This document shows positions 1 to 12,174 of a stretch of 64,000 bases of DNA, piece by piece. Each line of letters starts with the position of its first letter. Position 1 is the first letter of the stretch. The translations under genes were made by a program, and so were the position numbers. The notes beneath the pieces are model-generated. The model searched no databases. It had not been told where the DNA came from and worked only from the letters and a program-made list of their open reading frames with translations. Source of the stretch: Squalus acanthias (lineage: Eukaryota); assembly GCA_030390025.1 (NCBI GenBank), contig CM059438.1, positions 63,986,001 to 64,050,000 of the forward strand, given 5' to 3'.

Positions 1-38
1 GTGGATAAAATAAAATATAAATGTGATTGGAGCTGAGG

Positions 39-2788
39 TTATGATCTAAAATTGTTGAACTCGATATTGAGTCCAGAGGGCTGTAGCGTGCCTAAACGAA
101 AGATGAGGTGCTGTTCCTCGAGCTTACGCTGAGCTTCCGTGGAACAGTGTAATAGGCCGAGGACGGTGAGGTCAGAGTGGGAGTGAAGCGGTGAATTAAA
201 GTGACAGGCCACCGGGAGCTCGGGGTCCCCCTTACGGACTGAACGGAGGTGTTCCGCAAAGCGGTCACCCAATCTGCGTTTGGTCTCCCCAATGTAGAGG
301 AGTCCACATCGTGAGCAGCGAATACAGTATACTAAATTGCAGGAAGTACAAGTAAATCGCTGTTTCACCTGGAAGGGGTGTTTGGGGCCCTGGACAGTGG
401 GAAGAGGGGAGGTATAAGGGCATGTGTTGCATCTCCTGCGTGTGCACGGGAAGGTGCCGGCGAAGGGGAAGGGGTGCTGGGGGTGGTAGAGGAGTGGACT
501 AGGGTGTCGCGGAGGGAGCGGTCCCTACGGAATGCTGAAAGGGGAGGTGAGGGGAAGATGTGTTTGGTGGTGGGATCACGCTGGAGGTGGCGGAAATGGC
601 GGAGGATGATCCGTTGAATGTGGAGGCTGGTGGGGTGAAAGGTGAGGACAAGGGGAACCCTATCGTGGTTCCGGGAGGGAGGGGCAGGGGTGAGGGCAGA
701 TGTGCGGGAGATAGAACGGACACGGTCGAGGGCCGTGTCGACCACGGTAGAGGGGAATCCTCGGTTGAGGAAAAAGGAAGACATGTCGGAAGCACTGGTA
801 TGGAAGGTGGCATCATCAGAGCAGATGCGGCGGAGACGGAGAAACTGGGAGAATGGAATAGAGTCCTTACAGGAGGCGGGGTGGGAGGAAGTGTAGTCCA
901 GGTAGCTGTGGGAGTCGGTGGGCTTGTAGTGAATGTTAGTCAATAACCTATCCCCAGAGATGGAAATGGAGAAGTCGAGGAAGGGAAGGGAAGAGTCGGA
1001 GATGGACCATGTGAAGGTGAGGGAAGGGTGGAAATTGGAAGCATAGTGAATCAAATGCTCTAGTTCAGGGCGAGAGCAGGAGACGGCACCGATACAGTCA
1101 TCAATGTACCGGAAAAAGAGGTGAGGGAGGGGACCCGAGTAGGACTGGAACAAAGAGTGTTCCACATATCCCACGAAAAGGCAGGCATAGCTAGGACCCA
1201 TGCGGGTACCCATAGCAACACCTTTAATTTGGAGGAAATGGGTAGAGTCAAAGGAGAAGTTGTTCAATGTGAGAACAAGTTCAGCCAGGCGGAGGAGGGT
1301 GGTGGTGGATGGGGACTGGTTGGGCCTCTGTTCAAGGAAGAAGCGGAGCGCCCTCAGGCCATCCTGGTGGGGAATGGAGGTGTAGAGGGATTGTATGTCA
1401 ATAGTGAAGAGGAGACGGTTGGGGCCGGGAAACTGGAAACTGTTAAAATGGCGGAGGGCATCGGAAGAGTCGCGGATGTAGGTGGGAAGAGACTGGACAA
1501 GGGGAGAAAAAATAGAGTCGAGATAGGAAGAGATAAGTTCCGTGGGGCAAGAACAGGCTGAAACGATGGGTCTACCGGGGCAGTCCTGTTTGTGGATCTT
1601 GGGAAGGAGGTAGAAGCGGGCTGTGCGGGGTTGGGGAACTATGAGGTTGGCGGCCGTGGGGGGAAGATCTCCAGAGGAGATGAGGTCAGTGACAGTCTTG
1701 GACACGGTGGCTTGATGTTCGGTAGTGGGGTCATGGTCCAGGTGGAGGTAGGAGGAGGTGTCGGAGAGTTGGCGTTCAACTTCCGCTAGGTAGAGGTCGG
1801 TTCGCCAAACAACAACAGCGCCACCCTTGTCAGCAGGTTTAATGACAATGTCAGGGTTGGATCGGTGAGAATGGAGTGCTGCAAGTTCAGAGGGAGGTAG
1901 GTTGGAGTGAGTGAGGGGAGCAGAGAAATTGAGCTGGCCGATGTCACGGCGGCAGTTAGCAATGAAAAGATCAAGAGAGGGTAAGAGGCCAGAGGGAGGG
2001 GTCCAGGTGGAACGAGAATTCTGAAAGCGGGAGAAAGGGTCAGCCGTACGGGGGGAAGACTCCTGGCCAGAGAAGTGGGCACGGAGACGGAGGCGGCGGA
2101 AAAAGAGCTCAGCATCGTGCCGAGCTCGAAATTCATTGAGATGGGGGCGTAAGGGGATGAAGCTCAGGCCTTTGCTGAGGACTGATCGTTCGGAGTCAGA
2201 GAGGGGAAGGTCAGAGGGGATAGTGAAAACGCGGCAGGGGGTGAGATTGGGAGAAGGGGGGTCAGAGGAAAGTGAAGGGGAAGAAGGTTCCGGAGGGGCT
2301 TTAGTGTCCAAGAGTTGTTGAAGCTTGCGATCCTTGAAATCGGAAAGGAAGAAGAAAAGTTTTTTGTTGAAGCGTCGGATGAGTCTAAGGATGAAATGGA
2401 ACTGTGGACCCGGACAGCTTTGAGATAGAGTGCGTCGGTGCTGCTGAAGAGAGATGTCGAGAGTGTTCATGTGGCGCCGCATGGCGTTGAGCGTGGATCT
2501 CAAGATGCGGCGAGAGCAGTAGTTCGAGGAACGATGAATATCTTGGAGATATTTGTAATCCTGGGTGGATCCGAAACACGAAGGGTGGAAGTTTAGTTGG
2601 AATCCACGTGGGATAAGTCGGAACCGGAGACAGTTGCTGAGGAAAGTAATGTGGCTGTGAAACCGAGTCTTGGCAGATACCTGATCAAACACGAGAAGGG
2701 AAACTGAAATCAATGAAGATGAACAAGGTTGAAGAGCCAAACGGAAATCCCGTCGAAGAGAAGAGCAGAACTTCTTCAAGGTAGGCAT
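39..2788 (-). CDS. PLE reverse transcriptase + GIY-YIG endonuclease polyprotein, broken by one 1-bp deletion near 460 (about 916 aa if repaired)
   Basis: PLE RT motifs KPADKG, LPKIHK, GRPIVS, DIQSLYTSIP, GVAMG, FRYIDD, FLD; endonuclease VYCIRCSRC..YIGETKR..R..EH..GLN; the pLTR copy has GCCGGGCGAA where this copy has GCCGGCGAA. Confidence 0.93.
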
Positions 2789-2919
2789 TCCAAGAAGAGA
2801 GGTGGCAGTGAACCAAACACTAATACGATAGCAAAATACTGCGGATGCTGGAAATCCGAATTAACAACAGAAAACGCTGGAAAAACTCAGCAGGCCAGGC
2901 AGCATCCGTGGAGAGAGAA

Positions 2920-2962
2920 AGAGAGTTAACGTTTCAGGTCGATGACCTTTCATCAGAACTGG
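2920..2962 (-). ncRNA. Minimal type I hammerhead ribozyme (PLE family A)
   Basis: Minus strand AGTT-CTGATGA-A-AGGTC-ATC-GACCT-GAAA-CGTT-AACT: intact core, 5-bp stem II, palindromic stem III, 4-bp stem I. Confidence 0.88.
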
Positions 2963-3198
2963 GAAGAGCCGGAAATCAAATAGATTTAAGGCCAGGGTAA
3001 AGCTGGGAAAAGGGGGAGGGGATAAAGGAACAAAGGGGGAGATGAAGAGACATTAAGAGACATTAAGAGATATGCAAGGCTAGAGGTGGTGTTAATGTGA
3101 CAGATTAAGGCTGAATGAAGTGTGAAATCCACTGGCAGAATGAAGGACAGCTGCCAGCTTCTAGGAGGAAAAAAAAGGTGGGGGGGACAAATAAAAGG

Positions 3199-3723
3199 GT
3201 GGATAAAATAAAATATAAATGTGATTGGAGCTGAGGTTATGATCTAAAATTGTTGAACTCGATATTGAGTCCAGAGGGCTGTAGCGTGCCTAAACGAAAG
3301 ATGAGGTGCTGTTCCTCGAGCTTACGCTGAGCTTCCGTGGAACAGTGTAATAGGCCGAGGACGGTGAGGTCAGAGTGGGAGTGAAGCGGTGAATTAAAGT
3401 GACAGGCCACCGGGAGCTCGGGGTCCCCCTTACGGACTGAACGGAGGTGTTCCGCAAAGCGGTCACCCAATCTGCGTTTGGTCTCCCCAATGTAGAGGAG
3501 TCCACATCGTGAGCAGCGAATACAGTATACTAAATTGCAGGAAGTACAAGTAAATCGCTGTTTCACCTGGAAGGGGTGTTTGGGGCCCTGGACAGTGGGA
3601 AGAGGGGAGGTATAAGGGCATGTGTTGCATCTCCTGCGCGTGCACGGGAAGGTGCCGGGCGAAGGGGAAGGGGTGCTGGGGGTGGTAGAGGAGTGGACTA
3701 GGGTGTCGCGGAGGGAGCGGTCC
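3199..3723 (-). repeat. Direct repeat of 1-524 (PLE pseudo-LTR carrying the GIY-YIG tail)
   Basis: Near-identical to the window start (one indel and one substitution seen); ORF 3237-3803 has the same C-terminus as 39-368. Confidence 0.95.
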
Positions 3724-4650
3724 AGTACCCAGAAAGGGTACAGCGCTGATTCATGAAATACTGCCTGGTATGAGGAACTACAACTACTAAGAAAGATGTG
3801 CAAAAATTGGTGCTTTTTTCATTAGAATATCGGATATTAGGGGTAAAGAAAGACTTGCATTTATATAGCGCCTTTCACGACCACCGGACGTCTCAAACAG
3901 CTTTACAGCCAATGAAGTCGGTTTTTTTAAAGTGTAGTCACTGTTGTAATGTGGGAAACGCGGCAGACAATTTGCGCACAGCAAGCTCCCATAAACAGCA
4001 ATGTGATAATGACCAGATAATCTGTTTTTGTTATGTTGGTTGAGGGATAAATATTGGCCAGGACACCGGGGATAACTCCGCTGCTCTTCTTCGAAATAGT
4101 GCCATGGGATCTTTTACGTCCACCTGAGAGAGCAGACGGGGCCTCGGTTTAACGTCTCATCTGAAAGACGGCACCTCCGACAGTGCAGCACTCCCTCAGC
4201 ACTGCACTGGAGTGTCAGCCTAGCTTTATGTGCTCAAGTCCCTGGAGTGGGACTGTGAACCCACAACCTTCTGACTCAGAGGCGATTTGATAGAGGTGTT
4301 TAAAATTATGAAACAGAATAGATAGAAACAGATTGATTGCAGTGATTGAGAGGTCGAGAATGAGGGGGACATGGACATAAGAGTGAATGTAAGAGATTTC
4401 GCACAGAGAGCAGCAGGAACATTTTTACTCGGAGGGTTGTGAGACTGTGGAATGTACACCTAGAGTTAGTGATTAAAGCGGAGACCTGAGCAACATTTAA
4501 CAATTGGTTACATAGGTGGTCAAAGGAAAAGGGGAAATAAAGCGATATGGGAACAGAGCGGTAACACGGGATGAGGGTGACTGCTGGAGTGAAGGATAAA
4601 TACCAACACGAACTGACTGGGACAAACAGCCTGTTCCCATGCTATAATTC
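3724..4650 (+). mobile_element. Old CR1 LINE 3' fragment interrupted by a SINE
   Basis: Degenerate ERVQR..LGLFSLE..RG / DLIEVFKIMK..FFTRRVVRLWN-like coding either side of the SINE. Confidence 0.6.
3845..4283 (-). mobile_element. tRNA-derived Deu-domain SINE (SacSINE1-like)
   Basis: Deu core (GGAGGTGCCGTCTTTC..GATCCCATGGCACTATTTCGAAGAAGAGC..) and tail GAAAGGCGCTATATAAATGCAAGTCTTTC; several copies in the window. Confidence 0.85.
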
Positions 4651-5199
4651 CTAAATAATTCTCTGTATTCCTGATAAAGTTCTGGCAGGACAATTTCAAT
4701 GTTAAAGGGTTCTTTGTGAGGAATGTTGCAGTTCTCCAAGGGGAACCTGAAATTAGAAAGACTTGACATGCTGAAAGTGCGGATGAAGTAAATATCAAAG
4801 TGGATGGGATGAATGAGCATGGTCACATGACATCGCGGATCACTGCTTGTGCTGTTGTATTGATCTTTCTCACAATAACCCCTGCCACGAAATCAGAACT
4901 CTCTCAGGCCTCAAACAAGATAATTGCTTCGTTATATCATTTTTATCTGACTTTAATTTGCTTCACAGCATCTTTCGAAGAGTTGCTCGGGGCTAAATTG
5001 GATACGGCCCGAAAACGGGCGCGGGGATCGCGACGCGCGGTCTGCCCGCACCTTTTGAAAGTAGCGCAGGCGGTATGCGCAATTCGTGCTGCCTGCTCAT
5101 CAACAGGATTGCAGCGTAAGCCCAACACTGCTGGTTGGCTCAGCGCTCAACAGGGGGCCCAATAACGTGGGAGGTCTGCTCTGTATTTAAAGGTTGCAG

Positions 5200-5704
5200 A
5201 TTCCTGGGATAGGAAAGACTGATTGCTGGGATGGCAGGACTGTTGTATGAGGAGAGATTGGGTCGACTAGGCCTGTATTCACTAGAGTTTAGAAGAATGA
5301 GAGGGGATCTCATTGAAACGTATAAAATTCTGACAGGGCTAGACAGACTGGATGCAGGGAGGATGTTTCCCCTGGCTGGGGGGGGGGGGTCTAGAACGAG
5401 GGGTCACAGTCTCAGGATACGGGGTAGGACATTTAGGACTGAGATGAGGAGAAATTTCTTCACTCAGAGGGTGGTGAACCTGTGGAATTCTCTACCACAG
5501 AAGGCTGTGGAGGCCAAGTCACTGAATATATTTAAGAAGGAGATAGATAGATTTCTAGACACAAAAGCATTAAGGGGTATGGTGAGAGAGTGGGAATATG
5601 GTATTGAGATAGAGGATCAGCCATGTTCATATTGAATGGTGGAGCAGGCTCGAAGGGCTGAATGGCCGACTCCTGCTCCTATTTTTCTATGTTTCTATGT
5701 TTCT
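5200..5704 (+). mobile_element. CR1 LINE 3' fragment
   Basis: YEERLGRLGLYSLEFRRMRGDLIETYKIL..FFTQRVVNLWNSLP; (TTTCTATG)n tail. Confidence 0.92.
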
Positions 5705-5759
5705 GAAGGGGAGGTGCTTTGTGAGGGAAATACATCATTCTGACTAGAGCTGGAACTTA

Positions 5760-8700
5760 GCAATGTCTCAACAGGGCAGAGAAAGGGCATCTTGGTTCTT
5801 TGATGCAGCACTGGAGGCCTTAATGCAGGGGATCTATAGGAGGAGACAGGTCCTCTATCCGCAGGCCTTCCAGACACACTGTTCAAAGGCAGTGGGAGGA
5901 GATCGCTGAAGCCAACAGTGCCACCAGTCCTTCCCCCAGGACATGGATCCAGTGCCGGAAGAAGTTTAATGACCTCACACGAGTGATCAACGTGAGTGAA
6001 CGCATCTTCAAAGGCCATATCCCACCATCTGCACCACTAGCCTCACACACTGCTCAATCCACCCCACCCCATGACTCACCCACCAACAATCTCTAGCAAT
6101 CACCACTCATACCTCACAATCATAGCATCACCTCACCCTCGCACACTTACCACTGCTGCATGTCTCACACCCACATCTCACACCTTGCGCACAATGTCAG
6201 CTATACAACCATGACAGACACATCACCCAAACACACTGCACCACACTTACTGACACACTTCACCCAAACACACTGCACCACACTTACTGACACACTTCAC
6301 CCAAGCACATTGCACCACACTTACTGACACACTTCACCCAAACACATTGCACCACACTTACTGACACACTTCACCCAAACACATTGCACCACACTCACTG
6401 ACACACTTCACCCAAACACATTGCACCACACTTACTGACACACTTCACCCAAACACATTGCACCACACTCACTGACACACTTCACCCAAACACATTGCAC
6501 CACACTCACTGACACACTTCACCCAAACACATTGCACCACACTCACTGACACACTTCACCCAAACACATTGCACCACACTCACTGACACACTTCACCCAA
6601 ACACATTGCACCACACTCACTGACACACTTCACCCAAACACATTGCACCACATTCACTGACACACTTCACCCAAACACATTGCACCACACTCACTGACAC
6701 ACTTCACCCAAACACATTGCACCACACTTACTGACACACTTCACCCAAACACATTGCACCACACTCACTGACACACACATCACCCAAACACATTGCACCA
6801 CACTTACTGACACACTTCACCCAAACACATTGCACCACACTTACTGACACACTTCACCCAAACACATTGCACCACACTCACTGACACACACATCACCCAA
6901 ACACATTGCACCACACTTACTGACACACTTCACCCAAACACATTGCACCACACTCACTGACACACTTCACCCAAACACATTGCACCACACTCACTGACAC
7001 ACTTCACCCAAACACATTGCACCACACTTACTGACACACTTCACCCAAACACATTGCACCACACTCACTGACACACTTCACCCAAACACATTGCACCACA
7101 CTCACTGACACACACATCACCCAAACACATTGCACCACACTTACTGACACACTTCACCCAAACACATTGCACCACACTCACTGACACACTTCACCCAAAC
7201 ACATTGCACCACACTCACTGATACACTTCACCCAAACACATTGCACCACACTTACTGACACACTTCACCCAAACACATTGCACCACACTTACTGACACAC
7301 TTCACCCAAACACATTGCACCACACTCACTGACACACTTCACCCAAACACATTGCACCACACTTACTGACACACTTCACCCAAACACATTGCACCACACT
7401 CACTGACACACTTCACCCAAACACATTGCACCACACTCACTGACACACTTCACCCAAACACATTGCACCACACTTACTGACACACTTCACCCAAACATAT
7501 TGCACCACACTCACTAACACACTTCACCCAAACACATTGCACCACTCACTGACACACTTCACCCAAACACATTGCACCACACTCACTGACACACATCACC
7601 CAAACACATGCACCACACTCACTGACACACTTCACCCAAACACATTGCACCACACTCACTGACACACTTCACCCAAACACATTGCACCACACTTACTGAC
7701 ACACTTCCCTTTCTCTTGCAGGCCAAGGTGGCTCACACAGGAGCAAACAGGCGGGGGGCAAACATGGCTGCAGAACCTGACCTAGCTGGAGGAGATAGTT
7801 CTGGAGATAATTGGAGGGGCCGTCACTGAGGCTGTGGTGATCAGCGAGGCTGAAAGCATTGATGATGACGGTATGCTCATACCTAATCCTTCTTCTCACA
7901 TCCCAGTTCCCCCTCATCCCACAATCTCTTCTCACTTACAAGCTGCTGCTGTTGTAAGCATGCACATCTTGCTTTCCCCCCATCCCCTCACCACAACCCA
8001 ACCCTTGTGCCTTTTTCCTTTCAGATATCCAAGAACTGCCAGCAGCCCAGCCTGTGCAGGAAGAAGTAGAAGAGGAGAGTGATGGAGAAGATCACTCGAT
8101 CTGACACTCCCAGGCACCAGCTCAGAAAATAGCACTGCGTGAAATTTAGAGGGTAGTATAGAGGTGGGATCTGCACGTGGTGAGTCACTGGGCACGAGTG
8201 GGCTGCAGTCAGGCCAGGGGGAAAGGGTAATGCAGGTGCCAGCTCCCCAGAGGGTAAGGTTGCACACGGGTTCTGCTGCAGAGCACTCAGATGAGGACTT
8301 CGATGGGGTGGCCTTCAGAAGAAGGGTGATGGGCATGCACACAGAAATGCTTGGTGCAATGGCAGGCCTGCCAGAGTCTCTTGTCACTGTCAAGGAGCAT
8401 GGAGGAGTTCGGCTACGACATTGCATGGAGCTTTGCGCGGAGCATGGAGCCCATCATTTCCAGGATGGAAGTAATGGGCAACTCCATTAGAGTACTTCTG
8501 GATCCAGCGATGATGCCGGGTGTGATGGGCGATGTTGCAGCTTCCATTGCAGCACAAGCGGAAGCAACCCAACGTCTGAGTGCTGCAGTGCTCAGCTTGC
8601 TGCCACCCAAGATCAGACTGCTGCCATCATGGCTGGGTTTATGAGTATGGAAAGAGGTTTGCAGCGTCTCACAGCAGTCCAGCGATCTGTCCTCTGACAG

Positions 8701-9030
8701 ATGGCTAGGAATGCCGAGGCGCCGCCCTGGGGGAGTGGCAGTGGCTCCGTGGACCAAGAACCTGCTTTCCTCTCTCAGGATGACAGCTCTCATACTTCAC
8801 CACTGCCACTCCGCCAGTGCCATTGCAGTTGTCTGTCAGCTAGCCAGCCAAGACTGCTGCCGTCCATGCCGAGGTGGAGTAGTCTACAGGCGGGCCTTCT
8901 AGGCCCAGAACTCCTCGAGGTTGTCCTGCAAGGCCAACTGCAGTGTCCCCCACTGAAAGTCAGCAGCCTTCCACCAGCCATGTTGTAACCATTGGGGTAG
9001 CACTTCGTAGGAGCACTAGAATAGGTGAAG
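5760..9030 (+). pseudogene. Harbinger Myb/SANT-like DNA-binding gene, 3 exons, decayed
   Basis: PRTWIQCRKKFNDLTRVIN then GTGAGT donor at 5992; acceptor TTCTCTTGCAG at 7721 (AKVAH..); third exon from about 8025; layout matches the genes at 25690-25932 and 54650-56514. Confidence 0.7.
6220..7706 (+). repeat. 37-bp minisatellite, about 40 copies (ACACTTCACCCAAACACATTGCACCACACTYACTGAC)
   Basis: Period 37 (units at 6261 and 6298); T/C variants and occasional 39-bp variants. Confidence 0.97.
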
Positions 9031-9241
9031 TCACATGAGAGACAGACATTAAGGGAATGCACACGGATGATTAGTTGACTTTGCAATGTAATATTGGACT
9101 TAATCATTTATATGTTTGGAATGTTTGTTTTATGGCAGTTTTCATTTCAGCATTGTGCCCAAGTGAATGCTGTGATGTCCCGTGGCAGAGGGATGGTAAG
9201 GTGGGGAAGTGTTGAGTAACGGGGATCTGGGGTTTCATTCT

Positions 9242-11552
9242 TTAGAACCGGAGTCTGATGATGTGCTCAGGAACAGCCCGTCCGGAATGGGGATTTGCAG
9301 GCTGCTTCCTTCCTTCCATTCCTCTTCCACTTCCTCCTCTTTCTTCTCTTCCACCTCCTCCTGAGGTGGTCACAGAACTCGTGGTGGAAAGGGCTGCACC
9401 CTCATGATGGTCAAGTTGTGGAGGATGCAGCAGACCACCACGAATTGGGACATCCTCTCCGGCGTGTACTGGAGAGCTCCTTCCGAGCAGCCAAGGAAGC
9501 AAAACCATTGCTTCAGCATCCCAATGGTCTGCTCGATGACGTTCCTCGTAGCAGCATGGCTGTCATTATCTGATTACTGGCCACGAGTGGTGGGATTGTA
9601 GAGCGGAGTCATCAGCTAGGGGTACAGCAGATAGCCCTTGTCTCTGAGAAGCCACCCTCAGGTTCGATGCGGTGTCTGGAAGATTGCTGGCACACCGGAC
9701 TGGCACAGGAAGAAGGCATCATGACTGCTGCTAGGATAGTGGGCATTCACCATCATGATGTACTGGGCGTGGTCGCACACCAAGTGCACATTAAGTGAGT
9801 GGTAGCCTTTGCGGTTACGGTAAATCTCAGGATTGATTTGCGGCACCCGTGAAGCCACATGCGCGCTCCTGTTTAGAGAGAAGACAATGAAGTCCCTTCT
9901 CCTAGAGTACAGAGCCTCTGTGACCTCCCGGATGTAGTGATGGACAGTGAAAAAATTCAGAGCCATGGTCGCTTTGAGGACCATTGGCAGCACTGTCGTC
10001 GCTTTGAGGCTGCAGGTCTGGTGGCAAGAGGTAGTGAAGGGATTATTACTAGTCCTAGCCCCTTTAGGGCTACCCCAGATCAGGCATATTCCCCAGACAT
10101 TCACTTTCAACTAAAGTTTGAGGTAGCCGAATCCTAAAGACGCTTAATTGGGTCTAAAGGTCTGGACCATCTCTCCCTAAAGGAAAGGAACAACCTGAAG
10201 ATGTTACCGTCCTCCAGATAGCACTTTTAATAAGTTTAGCTAGACTGTAACGTTCCGGATATTATGAGGGTCCGGAAAACTCCCCCAGAATTCTGCAACT
10301 CCTCACCAAAGAGCGTACAGAGATTGAGTTTGCGAGTTTGATACAGAAGTATTATGTGAGATAATTCTAAAAATATATAGATTTATTAAAGAACTGACAT
10401 GTAATTACAGTAGGTGTTTCAATCGCAACATTAACAGTTCCAAAAACAGAAAGCTTACAATTCTATTATCAGAGATCCTTATTCTCAAATCTTAACTTCT
10501 CTACAGTTTTACAGTTCTTAGTTTTATTCAGAATATCCACCAAAATCAAATACACTACCGTTGATCCCCGAGATACAAAGAGTTGTAGACTTACAGAGCC
10601 TGCCTCTGAAGCCGAGAATCGCTTTGCCCCTTTATAGCGAATCTATCATCCCATTTGAAAGTTCAATATTTATATCCTTTTTCAGTGGTATGTCCTTTAA
10701 AGTTTTCTGCATGTAAGCTAATTATCTCTAGTCATTTTTCTGCTGACCCCTGCTATTCTTACAGTCAGATCAGCCGGTAGCATTAAGAATCGTGTCTCTA
10801 TCCTAGGTGACCGAAGCCCATCATAAAAACGATGTAACAGCAGGTGCATTTCACTTGATGTCATTTTTACCAAGGTCTTCTGTTTGTGTCTTTTTATGAC
10901 GTGTAAATTAAAACACCTCAACTAGGGTGATCTATGCAATTCTTAGTTACCTCAGCTGGTTGCAACAGAATCGTGTCTCCTGTGTTTCATTTGATGTCAT
11001 TTTTACAAAGGCATATGTTTCTTAATTTTCAGTGTTTCTTTCCGAAGTGTAATTTAGGACACCTTAATAGGGTGTACCATTATGTTCTTTCCAAAGCTTC
11101 AGACTATCAGGAACCTCCAACCTCCTGTTTCAATAAGGTTATTGATTCAGTGTCAACAACTTATCTTATCTCAATAGCCTGAATGCTACTACAGCTTCTC
11201 CATTGTTAGGCCTTCAGATTTCCAAACCCAGTATGTCATGTTTTAATAAGGCCAGAATTCTTTCATAGAATGGTGTATTTTTCTGAATATGGCTTATTCC
11301 TTCACAGTGGCAGGGTACTATGCCCACCTCCTTGGTGAAACAGAACTACCTAATACACTGCTCCTGGCTTAGGTGTAGGTAGGAGAAGTGCTCCCTGAAG
11401 ACCCTAGGTGGGTAAGGCCCCCTGCTGAGAGCCCGCCACTCCCTCCTCCTCCTACCTCTGCGAGCAGCTTGCCTTTGCTGCCTTTGCTCCATCTCCCTGT
11501 CATGCTGCAGCACGAGGGGGACTACAAGTAGAGCCCCCATGACTGGGAGCAA
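9242..11552 (-). pseudogene. Harbinger (HARBI1-like) DDE transposase pseudogene split by a solo LTR
   Basis: N-terminus RGPYPPRVFREHFSYLHLSQEQCIR (11346-11552) continues past the LTR into [35 protein letters not shown]; colinear with 24183-25345. Confidence 0.88.
10035..11306 (-). mobile_element. Solo LTR, long-LTR family copy 1 (1272 bp)
   Basis: TG...CA termini with TGAAGG/CCTTCA inverted ends; 4-bp TSD GTAG/GTGG; minus-strand TATAAA at 10669-10674 and AATAAA at 10382-10387; homologous to 40101-41548 and 47259-48342. Confidence 0.88.
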
Positions 11553-12174
11553 GTGGTGTAGTCAGAGGCCTTCCTGTTGCAGCCAACACCTTCCCAACGT
11601 CCAGCAGCACTCCCGGCACACTTTAACAATGTTAGAAATGTCTTTCAGCAAGCCAGTGTTGATATAAACTCTGCAAGAGCCAGTACAAGAGAAATAATCC
11701 AGCAAGTTGGATGTGTCCCTTTAAATTGCATTGGTGAGGGTCCCTCATGCAGGTGAAGGCACATTCAGCTGTGTGTGTTTAGGAGAGGGCATTGTTTGGA
11801 ACGGCAATGGCCAAAATGGCAGGCCATGCATCAAGTCAGCTTTGCACGCTGACTGACGTCACGATCTGCCTACTCTGCATACTGCCCTCACCAAGATGGC
11901 AACCAGCGCAGACCGCGCCGGAAGTGGACAGAAACGAGGTGGCCGCCATTTCTTTCCCGAAACCGGCCTTAACTGCTGGCACTAAGGTGCCGAATTTCAC
12001 AGCTTTTATATTTATGTTGAAGAGCTAGGGAGAGCTTTCATATCTCTATTGTTGGGCTCGTGCTGGTCACTTTAAACTGATTAGTGCAGCAGGCAGTCCA
12101 GCTCGGATACACAAGCAGCAGCAAATGATATCCAGTGTCTTTCCTGCTCAGCTGGACCAGGGAATTGCAAAAGC

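Larger units (their letters stand above)
1..3723 (-). mobile_element. Penelope-like element (PLE), partial-tandem structure with pseudo-LTR; 3' end runs off the window start
   Basis: RT ORF 365-2788 plus GIY-YIG ORF 39-368; 1-524 is repeated almost identically at 3199-3723; hammerhead motif at about 2920-2962. Confidence 0.95.
4989..12003. mobile_element. Decayed PIF/Harbinger transposon A (Myb/SANT gene on +, transposase on -) with nested CR1 fragment, minisatellite and solo LTR
   Basis: GGGGCTAAATT-like termini (imperfect, no TSD recognised); WIQCRKKFNDL Myb motif; transposase motifs [32 protein letters not shown]. Confidence 0.75.

Noticed and set aside
378..2321. Plus-strand ORFs overlapping the PLE, and similar antisense ORFs over CR1, L2 and Harbinger genes
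   Set aside because: Shadow frames of the real opposite-strand TE ORFs
3237..3803. Standalone 188-aa GIY-YIG nuclease gene
   Set aside because: It is the pLTR duplicate; its N-terminal 27 residues are read from flanking old CR1 sequence
6220..7706. CRISPR-like array (37-bp period)
   Set aside because: Units are directly tandem with no unique spacers, no cas genes, vertebrate context
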